Shown piece after piece: positions 18,615 through 27,541 of a DNA stretch of 64,000 bases. The stretch lies in assembly GCA_004144865.1 (NCBI GenBank), contig SEAY01000045.1, forward strand, positions 12,305-76,304, in the 5' to 3' direction. A program made the position numbers and the translations under genes. A model generated the notes under the pieces. The model was not told the origin of the DNA. It made no database searches and saw only the letters and a program-made list of their open reading frames with translations. The DNA comes from Comamonadaceae bacterium. Lineage in GTDB: Bacteria > Pseudomonadota > Gammaproteobacteria > Burkholderiales > Burkholderiaceae_C. The stretch's first letter is position 1; each line of letters opens with the position of its first letter.

Positions 18615-19493
18615 ATGAGAGATTTTTCCCAAGACCACCGCTGGCTGTCGATCAACACCGCCACCATCCGCAAGAGCGGCGGGGTGGACCTGCCGCTGCG
18701 CGACATCCTCGACGCCTGCGCCCGCAAGGGCATCCGCGCGGTCTCGCCGTGGCGTGACCAGGTGCAGGCCGCCGGCCTGGCGAAGGTTTCGCAGCAGGTT
18801 CGCACGCTGGGACTGGAACTTTCCGGCTATTGCCGCGGCGGCATGTTTACCGCCACCGACGCCGCCGGCCTGAAGGCCGCGCGCGACGACAACCGCCGCG
18901 CCGTGGACGAGGCGGCCGAACTGAACGCGGCCTGCCTGGTGCTGGTGGTGGGCGCGCTTCCCGGCGCATTGCAGGGCCAGCCAGCGCACAAGGACCTCGC
19001 CCTCGCGCGTTCGCAGGTGCGCGACGGCATCGCCGAACTGCTGGACTACGCGAGGCAGGCGCGCATGCCGCTCGCCATCGAACCCCTGCATCCGATGTAC
19101 GCGGCCGACCGGGCTTGCGTGAACACCCTGGAGCAGGCGCTGGACCTGTGCGACGAACTCGATGCACGCCGGACGGGCGCCCTCGGGGTCGCCGTCGACG
19201 TCTACCACGTCTGGTGGGACCCCAAGCTGGAGCAGCAGATCGCGCGCGCCGGCAAGGAGCGCCTGCTGGCCTTCCACGTCTGCGACTGGCTCACGCCGAC
19301 GACGGACCTGCTGAACGACCGCGGGATGATGGGTGACGGCGTCATCGACATCCCGCGCATCCGCGGCTGGGTCGAGGCGCAGGGCTTCGCCGGCTACAGC
19401 GAAGTGGAGATCTTCTCCACGGGCAACTGGTGGCAGCGGCCGCACGAGGAAGTGCTGGACACCTGCATCGCGCGGCACAGGTCAGCCGTCTAG
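18615..19493 (+). CDS. Sugar phosphate isomerase/epimerase (xylose isomerase-like TIM barrel)
   Basis: 292 aa, WLSINTATIRK...CLVLVVG...PLAIEPLHPMY...VDVYHVWWDP...HVCDW, an AP_endonuc_2-type metal-ligand pattern. Confidence 0.85.
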   Translation: MRDFSQDHRWLSINTATIRKSGGVDLPLRDILDACARKGIRAVSPWRDQVQAAGLAKVSQQVRTLGLELSGYCRGGMFTATDAAGLKAARDDNRRAVDEAAELNAACLVLVVGALPGALQGQPAHKDLALARSQVRDGIAELLDYARQARMPLAIEPLHPMYAADRACVNTLEQALDLCDELDARRTGALGVAVDVYHVWWDPKLEQQIARAGKERLLAFHVCDWLTPTTDLLNDRGMMGDGVIDIPRIRGWVEAQGFAGYSEVEIFSTGNWWQRPHEEVLDTCIARHRSAV

Positions 19494-19496
19494 GAC

Positions 19497-19583
19497 GCGT
19501 CGTCCCCGCGGAGGCGGGGACCCAGGGCACCCGGGAAGCGCGCGGCGCGCGCCCCTGGATTCCCGCCTGCGCGGGAATGACGG
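19497..19583. repeat. REP family 1, inverted pair
   Basis: GCGTCGTCCCCGCGGAGGCGGGGACCCAGGG (19497-19527) and its inverted partner CCCTGGATTCCCGCCTGCGCGGGAATGACGG (19553-19583). It lies between convergent gene ends. Confidence 0.7.
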
Positions 19584-19592
19584 TGAAGCCGT

Positions 19593-20132
19593 TTATTGCA
19601 CCGGCTGCAGGCCGCTGCGCGCGCCGGCGCCCTGGGCGGTGGGACGCGTTCCGACCGCGCCGGTCACGGCCTCGATCTCGCCGGAGAGCTGGCCGCCCTC
19701 CTCGATCACCACCTTGCCGTAACGCACCTTGCCGGTCACCTTGCCCGTCGCGTAGATCACCAGCTTCTGGCGCACGGTGAGGCTGCCGTCGAACAGGCCG
19801 CGGATCTCGGCCACGTCGATCTCGGCCGAGCCCTTGAACGAGCCACGCTCGGAGATCTGGATCACGCGCGAATCCATCGTCGCTTCCACCGAGCCCTCGA
19901 CCACCAGCGTGTCGCAGTCGGTGATCTCCACGCCCTTCAGCTTGATGTTGGGGCCGACGGTCAGCTTGCTTTCGCCTTCCTTGGTCACCGCGGCGGCAGG
20001 GGGTTGCTGCGCAACCGGCTGCGCGGCGACCGGCGCCTGGCCCGCGGCGGCGGCGGCGTTGGGGCTCACGCCGGGACGCGGGTAGCCTTCCTCGCGCTTG
20101 GGGTTGCTGTTGAAGAACGGTTGCAGGGCCAT
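19593..20132 (-). CDS. Bactofilin family cytoskeletal protein
   Basis: 179 aa. A Pro/Ala-rich N-terminus is followed by a beta-helical repeat core (TVGPNIKLKGVEITDCDTLVVEGSVEA...FKGSAEIDVAEIRGLFDGSLTV...ATGKVTGKVRYGKVVIEEGGQLSGEI). Confidence 0.85.
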   Translation of the reverse strand: MALQPFFNSNPKREEGYPRPGVSPNAAAAAGQAPVAAQPVAQQPPAAAVTKEGESKLTVGPNIKLKGVEITDCDTLVVEGSVEATMDSRVIQISERGSFKGSAEIDVAEIRGLFDGSLTVRQKLVIYATGKVTGKVRYGKVVIEEGGQLSGEIEAVTGAVGTRPTAQGAGARSGLQPVQ

Positions 20133-20345
20133 GAAGCGAATTCCTCTGAGTGAATTGGAAAGCGAAGAGCTGCGATGCTACGCAGCGCACTCCTTACATG
20201 TTCGATCCGTCGCGCAAGAGAGGTAACGAATGGCGTTGCTGCGTACCGACGCCGCGCGGAAGCATTCGGCCGGCGCGTGCAATGCTTGCTTGCCATCGCG
20301 CGAGCGAGCTCGCACGATGGACGCACAGGACGGAGGAAATATTCC

Positions 20346-21047
20346 ATGAAGCAATGGCTGCGGCCGCTCTGGGGTGCGGCGGCACTGGTCGGCGCGCTGG
20401 CGGGCGCACCGGCGCTCGCGCGCGACACCGAGACCTTCGAGGCGAGCGAATCCAACCTGCTCGTGGTGCTGCGAGAGAGCCCGGGCTCCAACAAGCAGGA
20501 GGAGTCGCTCAAGCCCTTCGGCGCGATCAGCGCGCGCATGCCGGATGGGCGCGAGGTGGAGTTCGAGGCGAGCTGGTTCCAGTACCTCGGCGACATGCAC
20601 CTGCGCCTCGTGTTCGACGGCCAGCGGCGCGTGCAGAGCGCCCTGCCCGAGGACCTGCACCGCCTGCGCCTCACGCCGGAGCAGGCCCTGCAGCGCGCGG
20701 TGGACAACCTGCGCCAGCGCTACGGCACGCCGGTGGCGGAACCCTGGACGGGCGGGCTGATGCAGGTGCACGGCAACGCACCGGAACTGGACAGCAGCTA
20801 TTTCCTCGATCGCGCCTTCTGGCACGAGCAGCTGCGCAAGTCGCCCGCGGGCATCGTGGCGGCGGTGCCTGGACGGCACGGCCTGGTGTTCGCGCGAGCA
20901 GACGACGAGGCAGCGGTCGCCACGCTGCGCTTCAGCGCCGCGGCCCTGTTCGCCAGCAGCGACGCCACGCGCATCTCGTCGGCGCTGTACCTGTTCAAGG
21001 ACGGGCGCTGGTCGGTGTTCCAGCCGCCCCAGCCGGCCGGAGATTAG
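20346..21047 (+). CDS. Secreted protein of unknown function
   Basis: An internal ATG gives MKQWLRPLWGAAALVGALAGAPALARD..., a signal peptide with an ALA cleavage site. The composition is protein-like and I recognise no family. Confidence 0.55.
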   Translation: MKQWLRPLWGAAALVGALAGAPALARDTETFEASESNLLVVLRESPGSNKQEESLKPFGAISARMPDGREVEFEASWFQYLGDMHLRLVFDGQRRVQSALPEDLHRLRLTPEQALQRAVDNLRQRYGTPVAEPWTGGLMQVHGNAPELDSSYFLDRAFWHEQLRKSPAGIVAAVPGRHGLVFARADDEAAVATLRFSAAALFASSDATRISSALYLFKDGRWSVFQPPQPAGD

Positions 21048-21624
21048 GCTCCCGAGGCAGCGGCAGCCGGCCGGCGACGCGGAAGCCGCCGGCCTGCGGC
21101 GTCAGCACCACCATCTCCGCGGTGGCCGGCGACACACCCGTCAGCGCCAGCGTGGTGGATCCGTGCGTCACCAGGAACAGGTTGCCGCCGTCCGCCGGGG
21201 CCTGCACGATGTGGCGCAGCTGCGCGATTTGCTGCGCCTCGCGCTCGCGCCGGCCGAACAGGTTGGACAGCGCCGGCTGCACTTCCGGCGCCGAACCGAA
21301 GGCGATCCGCGCCGTCTCGATGCAGCGGCACCACGGGCTGGACAGGACCTTCGCCACCGCCACCTTGCGCGAACGCAAGGCTTCACCCAGGCGCTGCGCC
21401 TCGCGCCGCCCTTCGGCGCTCAGGTTGCGCTGCGTGCCGCAGTCCTCCAACCGGAAGCCGGGCGGGTCGCCGACGCCGGGATCCGTCACCGCATGCCGCA
21501 CCAGCACGACCTGCCCACCGCCCTGCAACAGGCGCCAGAGCGCCTCGTCCGCCCAGGCAGCGGGTGCAAGCAGCAGCCCGCAGAGCAGGCCACGCAAGAG
21601 GGTGGTGCGCTTCATCGCCACCAT
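20995..21624 (-). CDS. Histidine phosphatase (phosphoglycerate mutase-like) family protein, exported
   Basis: Signal peptide MKRTTLLRGLLCGLLLAPAAWA, then VVLVRHAVTDPG (RHG-type motif) and LFLVTHGS. The 3' end overlaps the convergent gene by 53 nt. Confidence 0.7.
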   Translation of the reverse strand: MVAMKRTTLLRGLLCGLLLAPAAWADEALWRLLQGGGQVVLVRHAVTDPGVGDPPGFRLEDCGTQRNLSAEGRREAQRLGEALRSRKVAVAKVLSSPWCRCIETARIAFGSAPEVQPALSNLFGRREREAQQIAQLRHIVQAPADGGNLFLVTHGSTTLALTGVSPATAEMVVLTPQAGGFRVAGRLPLPREPNLRPAGAAGTPTSARP

Positions 21625-21662
21625 GCTATGCGAGGCGGCCGCCCCGGTGCTAGGCTGGCGCC

Positions 21663-22550
21663 ATGAAACGCCGCACCCTGCTGCGCTGGGCTCCGCTGCT
21701 GGCCGCGCCGCCGGGATTCGCGCAGGGCGAGCTGCTTACCCGGACGATCCCCTCCACCGGCGAAGCCATCCCGCGCGTCGGCCTCGGGACGTGGATCACC
21801 TTCAACGTCGGCCAGGATCCCCCGGCGCGCGCCCAGTGCGTGCAGGTGATGCGCGCCTTCTTCGAGGCCGGCGGCCGCGTGATCGACTCCTCGCCCATGT
21901 ACGGATCGTCGCAGGGCGTGGTGGGCGAAGGCTTGCGGGCACTCGGCGGCGCGCAGCGGGTGTTCTCGGCGGAGAAGTTGTGGACCAGCTCGGACGGCGC
22001 CGCACAGCTTGCGGCCACGCGCGCGCAATGGCAGGTACCGCGCTTCGACCTGCTGCAGGTGCACAACCTGCTCGCGTGGGAGAAGCAGCTGCCCCTGCTG
22101 CAGGGCATGAAGGAGCGCGGCGACGTGCGCTACGTCGGCATCACCACCTCCGAGGGACGGCGGCACCGTGAGTTCGAGGAAGTGATGCGCGCGCACCGCC
22201 TCGACTTCGTCCAGCTCACCTACAACCCCGCCGACCGCGAGGCGGAACAGCGCCTGCTGCCGCTGGCCGCAGAGCGCGGCATCGCGGTGCTGGCGAACCG
22301 GCCGTTCCGCGAAGGCGCCCTGACGCGCCGCCTGCAGCCTGAACCCCTGCCGGCCTGGGCGGCGGAGATCGCGTGCCGCAGCTGGGCGCAGGTGGTGCTC
22401 AAGTTCATCATCAGCCATCCCGCCGTCACGTGCGCCATTCCGGCCACGCGCCGCGTGGACCACGTGCGCGAAAACCTCGCGGCCTGCCGCGGACCGCTGC
22501 CCGACGCAGCCCTGCGCCAGCGCATCGCCGCGCACATCGCCAGCCTATGA
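21663..22550 (+). CDS. Aldo/keto reductase with a twin-arginine-type signal peptide
   Basis: MKRRTLLRWAPLLAAPPGFAQG is followed by an AKR core (RVGLGTW...IDSSPMYGSSQGVVGE...LLQVHN...YVGITTS). Confidence 0.85.
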   Translation: MKRRTLLRWAPLLAAPPGFAQGELLTRTIPSTGEAIPRVGLGTWITFNVGQDPPARAQCVQVMRAFFEAGGRVIDSSPMYGSSQGVVGEGLRALGGAQRVFSAEKLWTSSDGAAQLAATRAQWQVPRFDLLQVHNLLAWEKQLPLLQGMKERGDVRYVGITTSEGRRHREFEEVMRAHRLDFVQLTYNPADREAEQRLLPLAAERGIAVLANRPFREGALTRRLQPEPLPAWAAEIACRSWAQVVLKFIISHPAVTCAIPATRRVDHVRENLAACRGPLPDAALRQRIAAHIASL

Positions 22551-23140
22551 GCGAGTGGTGGACCTATGGCCCGTCGGACTTCCTGATGTTCTCGCCCGAG
22601 GCGTACTGGCGCCTCGTGGAACGCTACAACGCCACATGGTGGCCCGCACAGCTGGCGGCGCTGGTGTCCGCAGGCGTGATGATCGCGCTGCTGCGGCGCA
22701 CGACCTATCGGTCGCAGCGGACGGTGCTCCTGTTGCTGGCGCTGGCCTGGGCCTGGACGGGTTGGGCTTTCCACGCCCGCAGCTACGCGGAGATCTTCCT
22801 CGCAGCGCCGTGGCTGGCCGCCGCGTCCGGAGTGCAAGCGATGCTGCTTGCGACGGCCGCCGTGATGGGCGTGCGCAGCGCCCAACCCGTGTCGCGCACG
22901 ACGGCCGTCGCGGGGTACGTCGTGTGCATGGCCGCCCTCCTGTTCCCGCTCGCCTCGCCGCTGCAAGGGCATGGATGGACGCGTGCCGAGGTCTTCGGCT
23001 TCATGCCGGATCCGACGGCGCTGGCGACCGTCGGCGCGCTGCTGGTGCTGGGGCAGCCCCACCGCGCCTGGCGCGCGTTGCTGGCGGTGATCCCCGTCCT
23101 CTCCCTGCTGCTCGGCGCGGCGACGCGCTGGCTGCTCTAG
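22547..23140 (+). CDS. Integral membrane protein (possibly DUF6064 family)
   Basis: MSEWWTYGPSDFLMFSPEAYWRLVERYNATWWPAQL... followed by five hydrophobic segments. Its ATG overlaps the AKR stop (ATGA). Confidence 0.6.
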   Translation: MSEWWTYGPSDFLMFSPEAYWRLVERYNATWWPAQLAALVSAGVMIALLRRTTYRSQRTVLLLLALAWAWTGWAFHARSYAEIFLAAPWLAAASGVQAMLLATAAVMGVRSAQPVSRTTAVAGYVVCMAALLFPLASPLQGHGWTRAEVFGFMPDPTALATVGALLVLGQPHRAWRALLAVIPVLSLLLGAATRWLL

Positions 23141-23718
23141 TAGGCGACGCTGTAGCGATAGCCGCGGTAGCGCAGCACGGCGTTGCGGGCACGGATCTGT
23201 TCCAGCACGACGCCCGGCGCCAGCTCCGCGCCTTCGTTCACCACCTGGCCCCCCACCACGAGCATGCGCTGCGCGGCGTTGTCCGAATGCACGCCGCCGG
23301 AGATCACGAGCTTGGGCAGTTCGCGCTGCACGTCGGCAGGCAGGTCGGCAAACGCGAGGATGCGATCGGGCGGCGCAGCGGCGGGTGTCGGCGCGACGGA
23401 GACCGGGCGCGCCACCACCAGCGTCGGCAGCGGCGCAGGCGCCGGCGGACTCACCGCGGTCGCGACAGGCACGACGGCCGGGAGGGGCGCAGGCGCTTCC
23501 AGGGGCGCGGCGGCAGCCACTGGCCGCGGCTCCTCCGGCCAGGCGATGAAGCCGGCCAAGACAGCGCCGAACAACGCGGCTCCTGCCCACACCCAGCCGG
23601 GGGTCGCCCGGCCGGTGCGCGCATCGGCAGGCGTGGCCGGTTGCGCGTGGATGCCGCGCGCCGGATCGCGTTCGCGCTCGGCGTCGGCCTTGCGCAGCGC
23701 ATCGAGGATGTACGACAT
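23137..23718 (-). CDS. gspB: GspB/ExeB-like type II secretion accessory protein
   Basis: MSYILDALRKADAERERD..., one TM segment, a Pro/Ala-rich linker, and a C-terminal LPKLVISGGVHSDNAAQRMLVVGGQVVNEG...VLEQI. It lies immediately downstream of gspA. Confidence 0.7.
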   Translation of the reverse strand: MSYILDALRKADAERERDPARGIHAQPATPADARTGRATPGWVWAGAALFGAVLAGFIAWPEEPRPVAAAAPLEAPAPLPAVVPVATAVSPPAPAPLPTLVVARPVSVAPTPAAAPPDRILAFADLPADVQRELPKLVISGGVHSDNAAQRMLVVGGQVVNEGAELAPGVVLEQIRARNAVLRYRGYRYSVAY

Positions 23719-23730
23719 GCGCGCGCCTCC

Positions 23731-25353
23731 TCAGGGTTCGGTGCGCAGGCGGGGCTCGTCGACCCCGCTCACGCGATTGAGTTGCATGTAGGTCAGCGGT
23801 CCGGGCCGGCCATCCGCGGGCAGGCCCTGCGCGAGCTGGAAGGCCCGGACATCGGAGCGCAGGCCCGCGTCGAGCTTCGACTTCGCAGCCGGGACCGGCG
23901 CGCCTTTCACCGCGGCGAGCCGCTGCGCGATCCAGTCGATCGCCGGACCGCCGTGGCCATCGGGTGCCCGGTCGCGGTAGCCCTGCGGCGCGCGCCACAG
24001 CGTGGCGAAGTCGCCCTGCCAGCGCTGTGCCAGCGCCACCAGCGTGACCGTCTGCTGCGTGCCTGCCGCGGTGAGCGTCGCCGTGTCGTCGGTGAGGCCC
24101 GAGAGCACCGCGTACGAGGGCTGCCCCGTGGCGGCGTCGAGCGTCACGATGCCAGGTCGCCCGAGCTGCCGGATGGTCGCCAGGCTCAGGTTCTTGCTGA
24201 AGCACAACACCTGCTCGCGCGAGAAGGATTCGCACGGCTCGCCCTCGGGCGCGGGCAGTTTCCACGCCTGGGCCAGTTCGCGCCAGGCCTGCTTCTCGTC
24301 GCGCAGCAGTGTCGGAGCCGGCGCCGGTGCCGGTGCAGGCGCGGCCGCCGCCACCTGCAGCGCGGGCGTCGCCGGCGCGGGACCCATGCGCAGGCCGGGC
24401 GTGACCGTCACCGAGGCGGGCGCCAGGTGCGGCTCCAGCGTGCCCGTGGCCGCGGCCAGCAACCCGGCCCCCGCGACGAGCCCGGCAACTCCCGCGAAGG
24501 CCATGCGCGGCCACCCGCGCGCCGGGCGGGTCGCGCGCGGAAAGACCTCGGCCGCCGCCTTGGCGACGATGCGGCGCGTGACCTGGCCCTGCCCCGTGGC
24601 GAATGCGCCCAGCAGGGCCCGGTCGCACAGCAGGTTGATGCGGCGCGGGACGCCGCCGCTCGCCTGATGTACCTGGCGCAACGCGGCGCGGTCGAAGGGC
24701 AGCGGCCGGTCCAGCCCGCAGACCTCCAGCCGGTGCCGCACGTACTGCGCACTGTCCGTTTCGTCCAGCGCCCCGAGGTGGTAGCGCGCGATCACGCGCT
24801 GCGCGAGCTGCTCCAGCTCGGGCCGCGCCAGCATGTCGCGCAGTTCCGGCTGGCCGATCAGGATGATCTGCAGCAGCTTGCGCTCGCTGGTCTCCAGGTT
24901 GGTCAGCAGCCGGAGTTGCTCCAGCACCTCCGGCGCGAGGTTCTGCGCCTCGTCGATCACCAGCACGTTGTTGCGGCCGGCCCCATGGGCCTGCAGCAGG
25001 AACGCGTTGAGCGGATCCAGGTAGTCCTTGACCGTGGCGGCGCGGTGCGCCGGCAGCGCCGCCTCGACGCCGAACTCGTGGCACACGGTCTCCAGCAGCT
25101 CCAGCACCGTGAGCTTGGGATTGAAGATGTAAGCCAGGTTGCACTGGGCCGGCGCCTGGTCGAGGAAGCAGCGGCAGACGGTGGTCTTGCCGGTGCCGAT
25201 CTCGCCGGTGAGCAGCACGAAGCCGCCCCCGCCCTGCACGCCATACAGCAGGTGCGCCAGGGCTTCACGGTGCTGCTCGCTCATGAACAGCAGGCGCGGA
25301 TCCGGCGCGATGGAGAACGGCTCCTGCCTCAGACCGAAATACGCGGCATACAT
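23731..25353 (-). CDS. gspA: ExeA/GspA-like AAA ATPase with a C-terminal peptidoglycan-binding domain
   Basis: MYAAYFGLRQEPFSIAPDPRLLFMSEQHREALAHLLYGVQGGGGFVLLTGEIGTGKTT (Walker A), a TM segment, and a C-terminal VRAFQLAQGLPADGRPGPLTYMQL (PG_binding_1). Confidence 0.85.
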   Translation of the reverse strand: MYAAYFGLRQEPFSIAPDPRLLFMSEQHREALAHLLYGVQGGGGFVLLTGEIGTGKTTVCRCFLDQAPAQCNLAYIFNPKLTVLELLETVCHEFGVEAALPAHRAATVKDYLDPLNAFLLQAHGAGRNNVLVIDEAQNLAPEVLEQLRLLTNLETSERKLLQIILIGQPELRDMLARPELEQLAQRVIARYHLGALDETDSAQYVRHRLEVCGLDRPLPFDRAALRQVHQASGGVPRRINLLCDRALLGAFATGQGQVTRRIVAKAAAEVFPRATRPARGWPRMAFAGVAGLVAGAGLLAAATGTLEPHLAPASVTVTPGLRMGPAPATPALQVAAAAPAPAPAPAPTLLRDEKQAWRELAQAWKLPAPEGEPCESFSREQVLCFSKNLSLATIRQLGRPGIVTLDAATGQPSYAVLSGLTDDTATLTAAGTQQTVTLVALAQRWQGDFATLWRAPQGYRDRAPDGHGGPAIDWIAQRLAAVKGAPVPAAKSKLDAGLRSDVRAFQLAQGLPADGRPGPLTYMQLNRVSGVDEPRLRTEP

Positions 25354-25394
25354 GGCGCGAAGGATAACCCGCCCCGGCGTCCGCCCCTAGGGGG

Positions 25395-26627
25395 TCAGGC
25401 GGCGGCGAGGCCCGTGCGGCGCACGCGACGCACACGGAATGCGCTTGCGATCAGCACGGCCTGCATCAGCACCAGCCCCAGCCACACGCCGCGGAAGTTC
25501 CGCTGGTCCATCAACGCCCCGAACACGAGCGGGGCGAGCGCCTGGCCGATGTCCAGCCCGGAATAGACGACGCCGTACACGCGGCCGGTGGAATTCTCGG
25601 GCGTGGAGCGCTTCACCAGCAGGTCGCGCGAAGGGCCGGCCAGGCCGGTGGCGAACCCCATCGCGCCGAACAGCACGGGCACGGCCAGCGCAGGCACCGG
25701 GCCGAACCCGATCAGCAGCGCAAGCGCCGCCGCGATGCCGAAACCGGCGCCCACCACGCGCTCGCAGCGGGCCGGGTCCGCGGCGAGGAAGCCGCCGAAG
25801 ACCATGCCGCCTGCGCTGCACACCATGTAGACGGACAGGCAGGCGGCGGCCAGCGCGACCGGCACGTCGTGCAGCTGGCGCGCGGCCTCCGGCGCGAAGG
25901 CCTGGATCACGCTCAGGACCACCGCGTAGAAAAAGAAGAACGCGAAGCACATCCAGACCGCCGGGATGCGCAGGAAGTCGAAGCTGCCCTGCACCGCCGA
26001 CGCCTGGTTCGTTGCCGGGCGAGGCACCGGCGCCAGCGTCAGGTTGCCACGGTGGAACCACAGGACGGCGAGCACCACCAGCGCCACGCCGCCGGCGGCG
26101 GCCAGTGCGACGCGCCAGCCGAAGGCGAGCGCCAGCGGCACCAGCAGCGCGGGCGCCGCGGCCCAGCCCAGGCTGCCGGTGATGCCATGCACGCTGTAGG
26201 CGTGCCCGAGGCGCGGCGCGCTCACCTTGCGGTTGAGCAGGGTGTAGTCCACGGGGTGGAACACGCCGTTGCCGACGCCCGCGACCACCGTGAAGAGGGC
26301 CATCACCCAGTAGCTCGGGCTCAGGGCGTAGCCGAAGGCGGCGACGGCCAGCAGCGCCAGGCCGCCGAACAGGACCGGGCGCGGCCCGAAACGGTCGACG
26401 AGGAAGCCGCTGGCCGTCTGCACCGCACAGGACACGACGAAGAAGATCGTCATGAGGAAGCCGAGCTGCGTGTAGCTCGCATCGAACGCGTCCTTCAGCC
26501 ACGGGAACAGCGGCGGCAACAGCAGCTGGGCGAAATGGCTCACCAGGTGCGCCAGGCCCACGAGGCCGATCACGCCCGCGTCGCGGCGCAAGGGGACGGT
26601 GGCCAGGGGCGGGGTCGCGGTCGTCAT
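25395..26627 (-). CDS. MFS transporter
   Basis: ORF 25395..27506 is trimmed to the ATG at 26627 (MTTATPPLATVPLRRDAGVIGLVGLAHLVSHF...). It has twelve hydrophobic segments. The upstream extension is antisense to the AraC gene. Confidence 0.85.
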   Translation of the reverse strand: MTTATPPLATVPLRRDAGVIGLVGLAHLVSHFAQLLLPPLFPWLKDAFDASYTQLGFLMTIFFVVSCAVQTASGFLVDRFGPRPVLFGGLALLAVAAFGYALSPSYWVMALFTVVAGVGNGVFHPVDYTLLNRKVSAPRLGHAYSVHGITGSLGWAAAPALLVPLALAFGWRVALAAAGGVALVVLAVLWFHRGNLTLAPVPRPATNQASAVQGSFDFLRIPAVWMCFAFFFFYAVVLSVIQAFAPEAARQLHDVPVALAAACLSVYMVCSAGGMVFGGFLAADPARCERVVGAGFGIAAALALLIGFGPVPALAVPVLFGAMGFATGLAGPSRDLLVKRSTPENSTGRVYGVVYSGLDIGQALAPLVFGALMDQRNFRGVWLGLVLMQAVLIASAFRVRRVRRTGLAAA

Positions 26628-26699
26628 GGCGGCGATCGTAAGGCGTCGGGCGTCTTGCCGGAATGCGACGGAACGCCATGTTTCGGCGAAAATCGGCCA

Positions 26700-27521
26700 A
26701 TGCCGCGCCCTCGCTCCGTCGTCCCCACCGGGGATACCGACCCGTTTCGCCCCAGCCGGGCGCGGCCGGTGCGGGTGCGTTCGCGGCACCTTCCGGCCGA
26801 CGCGCATTTCGAGCCGCACCGGCATGCTTGGGCCCAGCTCGCCTACTGCGCCACGGGCATCCTGCAGGTGGGCGCCGCGGACCCGGACAGCGCCACCGGC
26901 GAGACGACGTACATCGTGCCGCCCTCGCGCGCCGTGTGGATCGCGCCGCGGGCGCTGCATTCGGTGCACGTGCTGGAGGACGCGCAGTTCCGCACGCTCT
27001 ACCTCGATGCCTCCGTGGCGCCGCCGGACTGGCAAGGCTGTCGCGTGGTCGTCGTCTCGCCGCTGCTGCGCGAGCTGATCCCGGCGCTCGACGCGCCCAA
27101 CCTGCCGCGCGCGCGGGAGGACCTGCTGGCTGCGCTGGCACTCGACGAGCTGCGCGGCGCCGCGACGCAGGCGCTGGGCGTGCCGCTGCCGCCCGCCCAC
27201 GGCGGCGACAAGCGCCTGCGCGCCCTGTGCGAGGCGGTGCTGCGTTCGCCTGCCGAGAAGGCGACGCTGGCGCAGTGGGCCGCCGACGTGGGCGCCAGCG
27301 AGCGCACCATGGCGCGCCTGTTCCGCGAACAGCTGGGCACCAGCTACCAGCAGTGGCGGCAGCAGGCGGTGCTGGCGCACGCGCTGCCCCTGCTCGCGCG
27401 CGGCGTGCCCGTCAGCCAGGTGGCGGCCGCGAGCGGCTACGCCAGCGAAAGCGCCTTCACGGCCATGTTCAAGGCCGCCATGGGACAACCGCCCAGCCGC
27501 CTGCACGGGCGCGCCGGCTGA
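26700..27521 (+). CDS. AraC family transcriptional regulator (cupin plus HTH)
   Basis: MPRPRSVVPTGDTDPF...HRHAWAQLAYCATGIL (cupin) and a C-terminal ATLAQWAADVGASERTMARLFREQLGTSYQQWRQQ...GYASESAFTAMFK. It is divergent from the MFS gene. Confidence 0.85.
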   Translation: MPRPRSVVPTGDTDPFRPSRARPVRVRSRHLPADAHFEPHRHAWAQLAYCATGILQVGAADPDSATGETTYIVPPSRAVWIAPRALHSVHVLEDAQFRTLYLDASVAPPDWQGCRVVVVSPLLRELIPALDAPNLPRAREDLLAALALDELRGAATQALGVPLPPAHGGDKRLRALCEAVLRSPAEKATLAQWAADVGASERTMARLFREQLGTSYQQWRQQAVLAHALPLLARGVPVSQVAAASGYASESAFTAMFKAAMGQPPSRLHGRAG

Positions 27522-27541
27522 ACCACCCCTACACTCGCGCC

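Noticed and set aside
20995-21047. The 53-nt overlap of two convergent genes, considered as a sign of an antisense regulatory arrangement.
   Set aside because: The last ~17 codons of the phosphatase ORF (REPNLRPAGAAGTPTSARP) look like a non-conserved tail. The overlap is most simply a late stop codon in GC-rich DNA.
22220-25566. Giant ORFs of 974 aa (22220..25144, minus) and 1003 aa (22555..25566, plus), the longest in the window.
   Set aside because: Both are Arg/Ala/Gly/Pro-rich with no recognisable domain. They run out of frame or antisense to clearly real genes (AKR, membrane protein, gspB, gspA). Such ORFs are typical open-frame artefacts of very GC-rich DNA.
26628-27506. The upstream 293 codons of ORF 25395..27506, which would make a 703-aa MFS fusion protein.
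   Set aside because: That part is antisense to the AraC regulator gene and has junk composition. The transporter signature begins only at the ATG at 26627.
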